A DNA stretch of 63,108 bases, filler included, from Rhabdomonas costata (lineage: Eukaryota), in assembly GCA_019059605.1 (NCBI GenBank). It is 52 parts of 52 records of this genome, joined end to end, with 100 filler letters (N's around TTAATTAATTAA, not from the genome) between each part and the next. Parts side by side here need not be neighbours in the genome. Positions count along the whole stretch, not along the records: positions 1 to 1,116 come from JAHMHO010027798.1; positions 1,217 to 2,332 come from JAHMHO010027799.1; positions 2,433 to 3,548 come from JAHMHO010027800.1; positions 3,649 to 4,764 come from JAHMHO010027801.1; positions 4,865 to 5,980 come from JAHMHO010027802.1; positions 6,081 to 7,197 come from JAHMHO010027803.1; positions 7,298 to 8,417 come from JAHMHO010027804.1; positions 8,518 to 9,632 come from JAHMHO010027805.1; 44 more parts are not named here. One strand, given 5' to 3'. The notes beneath the pieces are model-generated. The model saw nothing but the letters and a program-made list of their open reading frames with translations. It ran no database searches and was not told the origin of the DNA. This document shows, in pieces, positions 1 to 10,129 of the stretch; position 1 is the first letter of the stretch, and each line of letters opens with the position of its first letter. A program made the position numbers and the translations under genes.

Positions 1-1216
1 GGGGTGGGGGAGTCCCAGTCCCGTAGAATGCACCACAAGGGAAGAAACAACTCACTCAGCGCTCAGCAGAAAGTAGAAGATGGCTAAACGCGGGTCAAGT
101 GACCGAAACCCTGACCGCAGGGAATGCCATGATTATCGAGAAAGGGAGCCCCCACGCAACGTTGTGTTTGTCTGCGCGAACGCATGAGAGAACCACTGAT
201 TGCTTGGAAGCGGGCTGCGCCGCAAGCGACATCACCCTGTCGCGGGGAGGGAGAAGCATAATGTTCACCTGTGACCACTCCAGTCGACGGTAACAGGGGT
301 CACACCTCAAATCGACGAACTCAACTCTCCCCACTTGTATTACGCCGAAACGCTCTGCGAAGGAACGGGTGTGAGCCGTCCAACTGGTTTGCCAATGCAC
401 AAGAACACGCAGTCTCCATCTGGCGATGCGGGGGTGGGGTAGGGGCTGAAAGCCGCACACCACATGGACAGACATTGATTATGCGGCCATGGGTGCAGCG
501 TGCGCATAATAAGACACAAGTATGCGATGTAAATTGAAAGGGAAAGCGCCACACTACGGTTTAGTAACCGGCCACCCTCCGAAAGATTCACGGCGCGCCG
601 TGTAAGGTGAACAAGTGGAAGGATGCGCGTGGGGCAGTTTTCACATATTTGGAGAGACAGAAACAGTGTAAAACATATGAAAAGGTAAAGAAAAAACAAC
701 CACAAAATCACCCATCCCCCTTGCTCGCGGACTCGACTAGGCAGTGGGGCGGGGCAACATATCGCAGAGAGCCAACTCCCCAGTACAGCACAGTCCTCTC
801 GGTTCACCTGCACACACCTACCGCACTACTGCAGTGCGGGCGAGAAAGATTTGCCTCAACTCCATCTTCCAGAGCTGAGTGTACGCAACATGCTTGCATT
901 TTTCGCGGTCCTCACTTACTATCATCAGTCTATTAACTTAACTCTCTCAAGCCGTCAAACAGGTTTCAAGAACTTCACTTCATCGGAATGCAATAGAAGA
1001 CGTGAAACGAAACGCACGAAAAAGAAAGAGGCCGACCCAGGGACCCCTGTCCAATTACAGATGCAGAAAGATGAGGGTTCAAGGAGTCAGCCCCCCCCCC
1101 TCGAATCACCAAACCCNNNNNNNNNNNNNNNNNNNNNNNNNNNNNNNNNNNNNNNNNNNNTTAATTAATTAANNNNNNNNNNNNNNNNNNNNNNNNNNNN
1201 NNNNNNNNNNNNNNNN

Positions 1217-1393
1217 AAGTTCTCGTGTTCTCCGCCGATGCCTCTAGGCTCCACGGAGGAGAACACGAGAACTTCCAACTACGACTCCTTGGTCTCCCTG
1301 CACAAGCTGACCTCATGTTCACCTTTGGGGCTGTGGAGGAGGAGGAGGAGCACGCCGTGGCTTTTCGCTCACACGGGTTCTCCGCCAAGAAGC
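1217..1393 (+). CDS. Probable exon fragment of an unidentified protein
   Basis: GC-rich open frame (..HENFQLRLLGLPAQADLMFTFGAVEEEEEHAVAFRSHGFSAKK) ending at a GTGTGC donor. No family recognised. Confidence 0.35.
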
Positions 1394-2129
1394 GTGTGCC
1401 TCTTGCGGAGTGCAATTAGAACCTCACCCACCTGCTGCCGATTGCGATCTGACGTAGCCCGACGTCTTCTGGGAGCGGCAGGAGGCATTGAAAGCGAAAG
1501 AGGCGCATGCTGGGCAATGGGGGGTGGATCACACCCCCGTTGCGTTTTTATTCTTTCCTACTTTTCTTTCTTCCTGAACTCTTGTGCCGCAGTGCCGTGA
1601 CCTTTCGCATTCAAAACAAAACAAAACAAAGCGCGCGTGAGTGCTATTTACCTACCTTTTAATTCGAAAATATATAGCTGGTTAATTATTTTTAATCTCC
1701 ACCCATCTCCTGGTTTGGTTAAGAAAAGGTCTCCATGGGGCGCTTTTTTCCTCTTTTTTTGTGCTGTTGTCCTGGTGAGCTCGTACCTGATCCCGCCTCT
1801 CCGCTCGCCTGTTCCTAATCAAATTATTTATCAACCCCTATTTTATATTTTTGACCCCCCGAGCTTTATTTTCATAAAACTCAAAACCCATCATTCTAAC
1901 TCCCTAGAGGATTTTGGGCAGTGTAACCATTTAGTTCATTAGTGCGATGGAATTGGGATTCCCGGCCTTTGCTCGTTCTGGGTCATCTCCACTCCTTGAG
2001 AAGGCGTGGTCGCCCCATGGCTCCAGAACTGGCGTCCCAGCTGCTGGGACGGAAATCCTCCGGAGAGCCTCTCCTCAGGGCCCCACAGGCAGCTCACCAC
2101 CCACTAAAGCGCCGGCCAACACGGGCCGA

Positions 2130-2235
2130 CACGTCTGCCCTTTCGGCGACTGCGTCGAACACGAATGCCGTAGAACGGGTTGGACGGACCCGGAGGTCTA
2201 TTTCGTCACCTCAAGGGCCGCCACCTCGCTGCAGG
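2130..2235 (+). mobile_element. Frameshifted C2H2 zinc finger resembling the N-terminus of CRE-type non-LTR retrotransposons
   Basis: CPFGDC...GWT in one frame continues as GGLFRHLKGRHL in another, giving a CPxxxC..GW..LxxHLxxxH pattern. Other CRE pieces occur in this window. Confidence 0.4.
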
Positions 2236-3048
2236 GACCCGGAGGTTCCGTTTCTGTCCGTCTGCAACAATGACGCGTGTGAAACATATAGGCTCTTCTA
2301 ATCAAGAGAGAAGGCGGGGCAGTATTGACGCGNNNNNNNNNNNNNNNNNNNNNNNNNNNNNNNNNNNNNNNNNNNNTTAATTAATTAANNNNNNNNNNNN
2401 NNNNNNNNNNNNNNNNNNNNNNNNNNNNNNNNGTTTTGGGGTCACCGATATCAAAAGTGACCAATGTAATGTACAATAATGTGCATCGGACCCTTGGTGC
2501 AGTCGACTTTCCCTTTTTGATTGGGGGTGGAGGTGTGGGGGTGACCTTGTTGTCGAACAGCCGAAGGCTTCGCACGGGCTCCTGCTCACTGAGCACCTTG
2601 CGCCACACAATTGAGCCTGCGACAAATCCGGCACGTATATAGGTATCTGTGTTGTGAAAGGCAATGACGACGAGCCAATTATAAACCAAGGCGTGCTGAG
2701 CGCACAGCGCGCTGAAGAGGAGTTGAAGACCGAGTCTTCTGGAGTGTTCTGTCTTGTGCACTGGTGAGCCAGGTATGTGCCTGGTGTCCGACGCTGCTCT
2801 GTTACAAAATTGTTGCAAAATTAGTGAAGAGCCATAACCTTTTGAAAGAATCGGTTTGGTTTCAGATTTGGCAACAAAAGAAGTGAAAGAGAAAGGTACA
2901 CAAGTGCAGCGTCACAGTCGGACCACTGTATTGCAGCAGCAAACCATGTGCCGTCACCTCAAGTGCTACTGGCAGCAGGCCAGTTCGCAACCACACGCTG
3001 CGTGCCGCGCGGAGCAGAGCATTCGCGCACACACATACGCACACAGAC

Positions 3049-3326
3049 CTGCACGTCGCTGCGCATCATGTACACCATGGACATCACCTCATCGAAATCG
3101 GCCTCCCCGATCACCTTCTGCAGCACCGCCCCACAGGCGTTGCTGGTCTTGTCCCCACGTAGCCTCCGCAGCTGCACCAGGCTCAGCCCCTGCGCCGCGG
3201 CGGCCGCCAGGGGGCCGTCGTCGGGCTTCCCCTTCTTGGGGCCCTTCTTCTTTTTCTTGGGCTTCCCCTGCTCGTCCTCATCCTCGTCGCTCTCATCGTC
3301 CTCACTGTCGCTGCTCTCGTCTTCCT
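3049..3326 (-). CDS. Internal exon: acidic/Lys-rich segment followed by a helical region, protein unidentified
   Basis: Acceptor gcacAG, donor CAG|GTCTGT. Translates EEDESSDSEDDESDEDEDEQGKPKKKKKG...VIGEADFDEVMSMVYMMRSDVQ. Confidence 0.6.
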
Positions 3327-3782
3327 CTGTGCAGAGTATGCTGTGCCCTCTGGCCAATCACAACCCACAGACGAACTGTGGTGTGCGGGGAAAATATTGC
3401 CCGCGTTTGATCCATGTTTGTCGTCCTCTCCCTCTCTAGCTCCCTGCAAGACCAACATCTTCAGGAACCGCAGCTATCACCATCTAATTCCTGTGCAACC
3501 TAGAACAGGCCCAAACGTCTCCAAGACCTCGGCGAGGGACCACCAAAANNNNNNNNNNNNNNNNNNNNNNNNNNNNNNNNNNNNNNNNNNNNTTAATTAA
3601 TTAANNNNNNNNNNNNNNNNNNNNNNNNNNNNNNNNNNNNNNNNNNNNCTGAATTCCGAAGAAGAAAGAACTTCACAACAACAGCGCCACGTGCACGCAA
3701 TGCGTAGGTGTGTGTGTTTGTGTGCGCGCGCGAGTGCGAGTGTGCGTGTATGCGTGCATATGATGGTGTGCATGGCGCGAAC

Positions 3783-4031
3783 CCTTCGGGTGGCATGGCG
3801 CGGCGGCCGCGGTCTACAGCATGCCAGCAGCTCCTTTCGCAACAGACTGAGGTCCAGAGAGTCATCCCCGGTAAGCGCTGCAAAGCCTTCGCCCTCTCCA
3901 TCGCCGCCATCCTCTTCTTCCTCCTCGTCGTTGGGGGCCACGCTGGTGCACAAGTCCTGAATCGCGTCGAAGTTCGAGGGCCGGTACCGGCAGTCCACCT
4001 GCTCCTGCAGCTCATGCTCTGACAGAAGAAC
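3783..4031 (-). CDS. Internal exon (83 codons) with an acidic tract, protein unidentified
   Basis: ttcAG acceptor, AGG|GT donor, 249 nt in phase 0. Translates VLLSEHELQEQVDCRYRPSNFDAIQDLC...DEEEEEDGG...LLRKELLACC. Confidence 0.5.
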
Positions 4032-5133
4032 CTGAACATCACACACTCAAATACAGCGATATGTATGTGGGGGCAAGGCATGTGGTGTGTTTGTAGGAAG
4101 GGGTGGGATGAGGCGGAATTACGTTCACATTGCACGGGGTCCATCCGAAAGGCTGGTGGCGTTCACTGGAATCAGTGTAGAGGGGCAGGGACGAAACAAA
4201 ATGTCGGTGCTGCAGCAGGGATTATCATAGTGAGCAGTATCGGAGGATGGGAGGCGAGTAAACACCCCCACCCCCACTCCACCTCCGGAAATGAGAAAGA
4301 ATGATGTGCCTTTTCTGTACACCGTAAAGTAAGAACTTACGGTTGGACGGTAAAAACAGAATATCCAACGCCGAAAAAGGCCACCGTTTGAAAGGCACCC
4401 TGAAAAAACTTCATATCGGAATTGGTTCTCTTACTTTTGGGGTGTTACTTGCTTAATAATCCGACTCCCTCCTCCCATCCTTTGCATCATGAAAACGCCA
4501 GCTACTCTCACACGCGGGAGAGTGCGCTGCATCCGAACCCTTACCCCCTCTCCCCTCTCCCGGGAAGCCGGCCGGGCCCACCTTCGAGTAGCCCTTTATG
4601 CCCAAAAATTGCCCCTATTTTTCCACCCCTCTAACACACCGTAGGTCAAGAGGGATTGTTGAGCGCACAGCGCGCTGGCTGATGTGGAAGCTGATGTGTC
4701 GCTTTTCTGGTGATCCCTTGTCTTCTGCATTCGTGAGTGGGCTGACTGGTGGAGCACAAACACCNNNNNNNNNNNNNNNNNNNNNNNNNNNNNNNNNNNN
4801 NNNNNNNNTTAATTAATTAANNNNNNNNNNNNNNNNNNNNNNNNNNNNNNNNNNNNNNNNNNNNGTGTGTGTGGGGGGGGGCGAACATTTTGATATCAAG
4901 ACACTTAAGAACAAAATATATACTATTTATATATATTTTATTTTATTTTATATATTTATTATTTTATATATATTTTTACTATTTTTTTCAAAAGAATATA
5001 CTATATTCTTTAAATTGGTCGCTGTGGAGAGGACACCAAATATCAGCCCACGCTACTATACATCTCACAATGGGGTGGAATCATTCACGGCCGGACGAGG
5101 CTGGCGGTGGTGGTGGGTAGGAGCGGGTTGCAC

Positions 5134-5730
5134 CTGAATACCCTTCCTTCGAAGGGCCAGCTGGGCCGCAAGGTCGGACATTAGGTCAGCCGGAGGTGGG
5201 GACTTCGCAGTCCCTTGCCGGCCCACCCTGCGGGGAGATGGACAGTCCCGGGGAAGTCAGCACTCCCTCCCACACGTTTTTGATGGGCTTGCAACCGCCC
5301 TCCTAGCACAGAGACTCCGTCCGAAAGGTGAGGGTCAGTGACGGCGGAATAATGGAGGTGCCCCTTATCCCTCTAACATGCGCACACACACACACCCAAC
5401 CCGCTGTTCAGCAACTGACAGAGTCATGTGAGTTGGTCAAATATTTGCTCTACTCGGAGTGAACACACCTCTCCGAGATAAGCTTCAAAATAAAATACAG
5501 TGTTGAGGTCACCCATCCCAACAGCTAATTCTTGTGCAGCAGCTCCTGCACAAAAGCGGCGTTTGCAGGCCAATATGCATTAACGTCGTTTATTTGGAGA
5601 GAAAGTCAGGGCAAGGTGGGGTGGTGGCGTGTGCACCTGGCGCCAGTTTCCACGGTGCGCTTCCTCAGGATGGAGGTAGGGTTGTCCCGGAGCGCGTTGA
5701 TTGCATCAAGAAGCGCGGTGCGGCCCTCGG
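5134..5730 (-). CDS. WASHC1: WASH complex subunit 1 (WASH1/WASHC1), WH2 and central region; exons 5637-5730 and 5134-5227
   Basis: Two 94-nt exons join in frame over a GT-AG intron (5228-5636): EGRTALLDAINALRDNPTSILRKR (WH2-like) then ADLMSDLAAQLALRRKGIQ, which matches the WASH1 central motif DLMSDLxxxLxxRRKGIS. Confidence 0.75.
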
Positions 5731-6204
5731 CTGCGCACGTCAAGCACACAAACGGAAAGATATTGCGAGCACGCGTGGTGATGATGATCTCCCAAAAAAT
5801 GAGAAAGCGCGCACTCCCTCGAATGAGCAAGGAGAAATTGAGCGTAAAAATCTACTTTTTAGCAATGACGCAACCCCCCGCATCGAAATATTTGCGTACC
5901 CACCCTTACTTCAGTGCCAACCTGGGTACTTTTCGTGGTGTTCGAAGACAAGTTAGAAAACGACCAAAAACCCCAACAACNNNNNNNNNNNNNNNNNNNN
6001 NNNNNNNNNNNNNNNNNNNNNNNNTTAATTAATTAANNNNNNNNNNNNNNNNNNNNNNNNNNNNNNNNNNNNNNNNNNNNTTCGCTGAAAAATGGGGGGC
6101 GCAGTCTGCTGGTGCAACTAAAACATCGGAATGCACTGCCCCAATCCAAACAGCAAAACATGGTTTCACAATTGAACTAGAAAAGGAAAAGGGAACCACT
6201 ACAC

Positions 6205-7167
6205 GAGAAAACGTCCCCGAAACCGAAACCCATCCCCTCCATACCTCCTCGCCGGTAGGCTGTATTCCTCGCGTCCACCCTCGGCGAAACGTGAGAGAAG
6301 TCCGGCCGCTCATCCACAATCGCAACGCAACCTCCTGCATCAAGCACAGCGACTCTCTCACTCTCAAGAATGAACACGCGTCATGCCATGCCATGACACA
6401 GCATTTCCGGAAAACTCAAAGCAGAAGCCAACAACACCCTCGGCATGCCTGCAGGTTGGTGGGAGACGTTGTCCGCGTCGATGCGTGGCCTCACATGAGA
6501 GAAATCAGGCTTCTCATCAACAATGGCGACGCAGCCTCCTGCATGCAGGAAACAATCGCAGCACAACGAAAAATGCTCTCAAGCGCTCGCAAAAAACAAA
6601 AGAAGACAACAATAAAAGGCAGGACGCCTTCCCCTCCCCTCCCATCTACCATTGCGGGATGATGGTCACCCTTATCCTCGATACGATACGTGGTCATAAA
6701 ATCACGAAGAGAGGTTCTGAAACAATTGCAATCCACCCCGCTCTTCACGGGTCTGAATCTAATCTTGGCCAATGTTGATGCAATCATTTACCAGGGCTTC
6801 GCGTTCCAGTTAGATAAACTTGCGCATCACACTACGTCTAGCTTTCTCGCGAAAACATCGAAACGTTCCCCGAAACCGAAACCCATCCCCTCCATACCTC
6901 CTCGTCGGTAGGCTGAATTCCTCGCGTCCACCCTTGGCGAAACGTGAGAGAAGTCCGGCCGCTCATCCACAATCGCAACGCAACCTCCTGCATCAAGCAA
7001 AGCGACCTTTTCAGGCGGATGCACAGACATACACGGGAATTAAATGGCATCCCCGAAAAAAGCAAGGCGCGCCTGCGGGTTGGTGGGAGAGGTTATCTGC
7101 GTCGATACGTGGCCTCACATGAGAGAAATCAGGCTTCTCGTCAACAATGGCGACGCAGCCTCCTGCA
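6205..7167. repeat. Tandem duplication (~625-650 bp period) of a two-exon unit including flanking intron sequence
   Basis: 6218-6346 is nearly identical to 6871-6998, including intronic ccgaaaccgaaacccatcccctccatac. 6447-6543 is nearly identical to 7071-7167. Confidence 0.9.
6245..7162 (-). CDS. Protein with tandem 30-aa Tau/MAP2/MAP4-like repeats; exons 7073-7162, 6898-6987, 6449-6538, 6245-6334
   Basis: Four exons, each exactly 90 nt, phase 1-1, each with a CAG acceptor. Donors are GC, GT, GC, GT. Spliced product: GGCVAIVDEKPDFSHVRPRIDADNLSHQPA / GGCVAIVDERPDFSHVSPRVDARNSAYRRG / GGCVAIVDEKPDFSHVRPRIDADNVSHQPA / GGCVAIVDERPDFSHVSPRVDARNTAYRRG. The exon structure is strong. The Tau-like assignment is by-eye alignment. 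Confidence 0.7.
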
Positions 7168-9742
7168 AAAGATAGCGATGCTTGCAATGTGACGGAGNNN
7201 NNNNNNNNNNNNNNNNNNNNNNNNNNNNNNNNNNNNNNNNNTTAATTAATTAANNNNNNNNNNNNNNNNNNNNNNNNNNNNNNNNNNNNNNNNNNNNGGG
7301 GGTTGTGTTCCTCCAAAAGCACAACAGAGGTCGCCACCGGAGATTCCTCCTGACACAGGCGAGCAAGCATCATCCGGCGCAGGAAATGGTCGAATCATCG
7401 CCAGGTTAGGGCGCGGATATTGCACGTGCGAGTGTATGCACTGATACACCAGGCCGGGGGGGGGGGGACTGTGACTCTACCTCTCCTTCCCTTCAGGAGC
7501 GTACTGGTTTTGTTTATCTTATTGTGTATGTGCAGCGCTGGCTACTGTATCAATCAATCAATCATTTGCCAATTCCTCGACTTTAGGGCCTGTAACACAT
7601 AACTTCATTGATGACCGAGATGCTTTGAAAGGGCCCTCTGTGAAATTCTTGGGCCTCTGGGAGTCTTCCCCAAAGGTCCTCTGGCGGGTTCCTGATCAAG
7701 GGTGCTTTGGGGGTACCTTTGGGGGTTCCGGGGGCGGCCGGCCATCCCAGCCCATGGGGGCTGCCTGCGACGCCGAGCCCAAGTGCTCGGGGCGACCCTG
7801 AGCCTCCACCGCAGCGTCCAGGGCGTCACGGACCTCCCTTTCCCTCAGCAACTCACCCAGGTCACACCTGAGGCGACAGTGAGTAGTGCCGTGGCGAGAA
7901 AGGAGAGAAAACCAGAAAGAGAAGAGGGGGGGAGGGATGCTGGCAAGTATTCTGTGACCAATTCGGGAAGGATCGCTTCGACATCCTTTGGCTTGTCTTT
8001 CACCCAACCACTGTACGTTATGATCAGTGAGGTACAGCTATTTTCACACGAAAGGAAAAAGGAACGAACGAATGCTTTCGCTGCAGGTACCCGCCAATGC
8101 GGGGACCCCAGAAAACGGAAATCTTATCCCCCACCCCACACCACTCGAGGGAAGGACACAAGGATGCAAAAATCCTTATGTGATAATTTTCTTCTTTGAT
8201 GCATATGGCCACCTGTGATTGTTTGTTCGCGTTCGAGTGTGTTCGTGCGACAAAAAGGAAACACACGCGAACAAGGTGAGCGTGGAAGAAATGGAAAGCT
8301 GTCCCCACCCAGACGCGTGCAGCCGGGGTGCTTGAGAGAGAGAGAGAGCAGGAGGAAGCACCAGCACCAACCACCCCCGAAACCAATGCGTCCAGTGACC
8401 AAACATACGCACCCACANNNNNNNNNNNNNNNNNNNNNNNNNNNNNNNNNNNNNNNNNNNNTTAATTAATTAANNNNNNNNNNNNNNNNNNNNNNNNNNN
8501 NNNNNNNNNNNNNNNNNGGTGTTGGGGCACAATAATTCCCGGAAGTGAACTACGTTGGCAGATTTAAGAAAAAGTAGCAGTCTAGGTGAAGCGGCTTATT
8601 TTTGGTGCTGAATGAGCACAAAGAAGAAGCTTGCACTGTTTGCCAGAGTAAATTGTCCGCCGCGATATGGCTGCTGGTTTTGCGGGTTGATTGGTCTCCT
8701 TTTGTGGCCGATGCCAATCTGATTCAACTGCTTTCCGATGGACGATGGGGAATGGTACCGAATGGTACACCTCCATCTCTGGCGTAACCGATTGCTGCCG
8801 TTGTGTTTGAGCAGCTAACCGATGGGTGTTTAGCCTGGTTTTTGACCGGTGTACACCAAGCGGTTAGCGGGAGGGAACGGTTTTCAACCTTGTGCTGCAT
8901 TTTGGATTTTGGCCTCCCTTCTCCCATTGCCTTTCAGGGGTTCGGCTACTTCACCTGTCGGATATGCGGCGCCAGATGGAAGACATTAAGCCACAGGCGT
9001 TAAGTCTAGGGTACGGAACTGTCAGCTGCTTCCGCTTATGTGCCATTGAACCACCGACCCTGTCATGTGCGCCTGTTTTTTTGCGTACAGGACTTCCTTG
9101 AAGTGTGCGAGTGGTTCGTTTTAGGTGCGCACATGTGTTTCGCAGCTGTTTTTGCCGCCCGCGTCTCACACCAACCGCCACCGGAGGGCTTGTTCTCTTG
9201 TTGCTTTTCTCTCACTGCCCGTTCTCTTCTATGCTCCATCTCTCCGCTATCCTTTTCCCTTATGGATCAAAAGGGTAATCGGGATATGTTGCGGCCAAGT
9301 GTGCTTCTAGGTTTCTTTCGTTATTTCAATGTCCTCATTTTTTATCGTGCGCTCAGAGATTTGGGTCATGAACTGCACATATCATGCACTCAGAGATTTG
9401 TGTCATACATTGCACGAAAGGGTGTATGTCTCTGTGTTTGTGACCGGGGGCTGGCGTGTGTTGATTTATTTTTCTAGCAGCCTGGCTTAGCCTCTCGCTG
9501 AGCCGAAACATTCGTGTGTGTTGTCTATGTTGTGTCGCCCTGCTCCGGAAGCGTTGTCACAGCACGGCTGAGAGGTTCTGTTCCATTGCCAGGCGAAGAG
9601 CTGCGATTTCGGGGGACAATGGAACACCACCCNNNNNNNNNNNNNNNNNNNNNNNNNNNNNNNNNNNNNNNNNNNNTTAATTAATTAANNNNNNNNNNNN
9701 NNNNNNNNNNNNNNNNNNNNNNNNNNNNNNNNTTGTTGTGGT

Positions 9743-10129
9743 GAGGAGTACCCATACCACATCGTGAGGTACCACGAGTTCGGCACCTTGGAGCCCACCC
9801 AGAAGCTCGGAGGAGTGATCATGAGCCGCCTGGTGAACGCGCAGGAGACCTGTAGCCACATGATGGACTTCAAAGAGTCTGTCGGCGACATCATCATGCA
9901 CGCCATGTGGAGCGGATATCACCGGCGGCTCGTGCAGACAGTGTGGAGCCGATTTGTATTCCACAGCTGGCACTCCACGGAAATCCGTGTCAAGGAGCTG
10001 CGGGTTTGGTTTTCGAAGGTCTGTGGCTTCCTTCTCAAGACGGGTGGAGCCCATCGGCCGGACCCTTCTCGAGCGTACACATCAGTGGGCTCCTCTCCAG
10101 CTACGAGCGGTTTCCTGCGTATTTTTTGA
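9743..10129 (+). mobile_element. Probable C-terminal (thumb/post-thumb) region of a Penelope-like retroelement reverse transcriptase
   Basis: EYPYHIVRYHEFGTLEPTQKLGGVIMSRLVNAQETCSHMMDFKESVGDIIMHAMWSGY resembles the PLE pattern FxIVxFPxxxSxxPxxxxxGVxxSxLxRxxxxCSxxxDF...GY. Intronless. Confidence 0.5.

Noticed and set aside
1117-1216. Regularly spaced TTAATTAATTAA repeat as a CRISPR-like or biological array
   Set aside because: It is always embedded in 44 N on each side and is a synthetic six-frame stop linker.
4915-5012. Very AT-rich stretch translating as a hydrophobic peptide
   Set aside because: It is low-complexity intronic TA-rich sequence downstream of the WASH1 exon donor.
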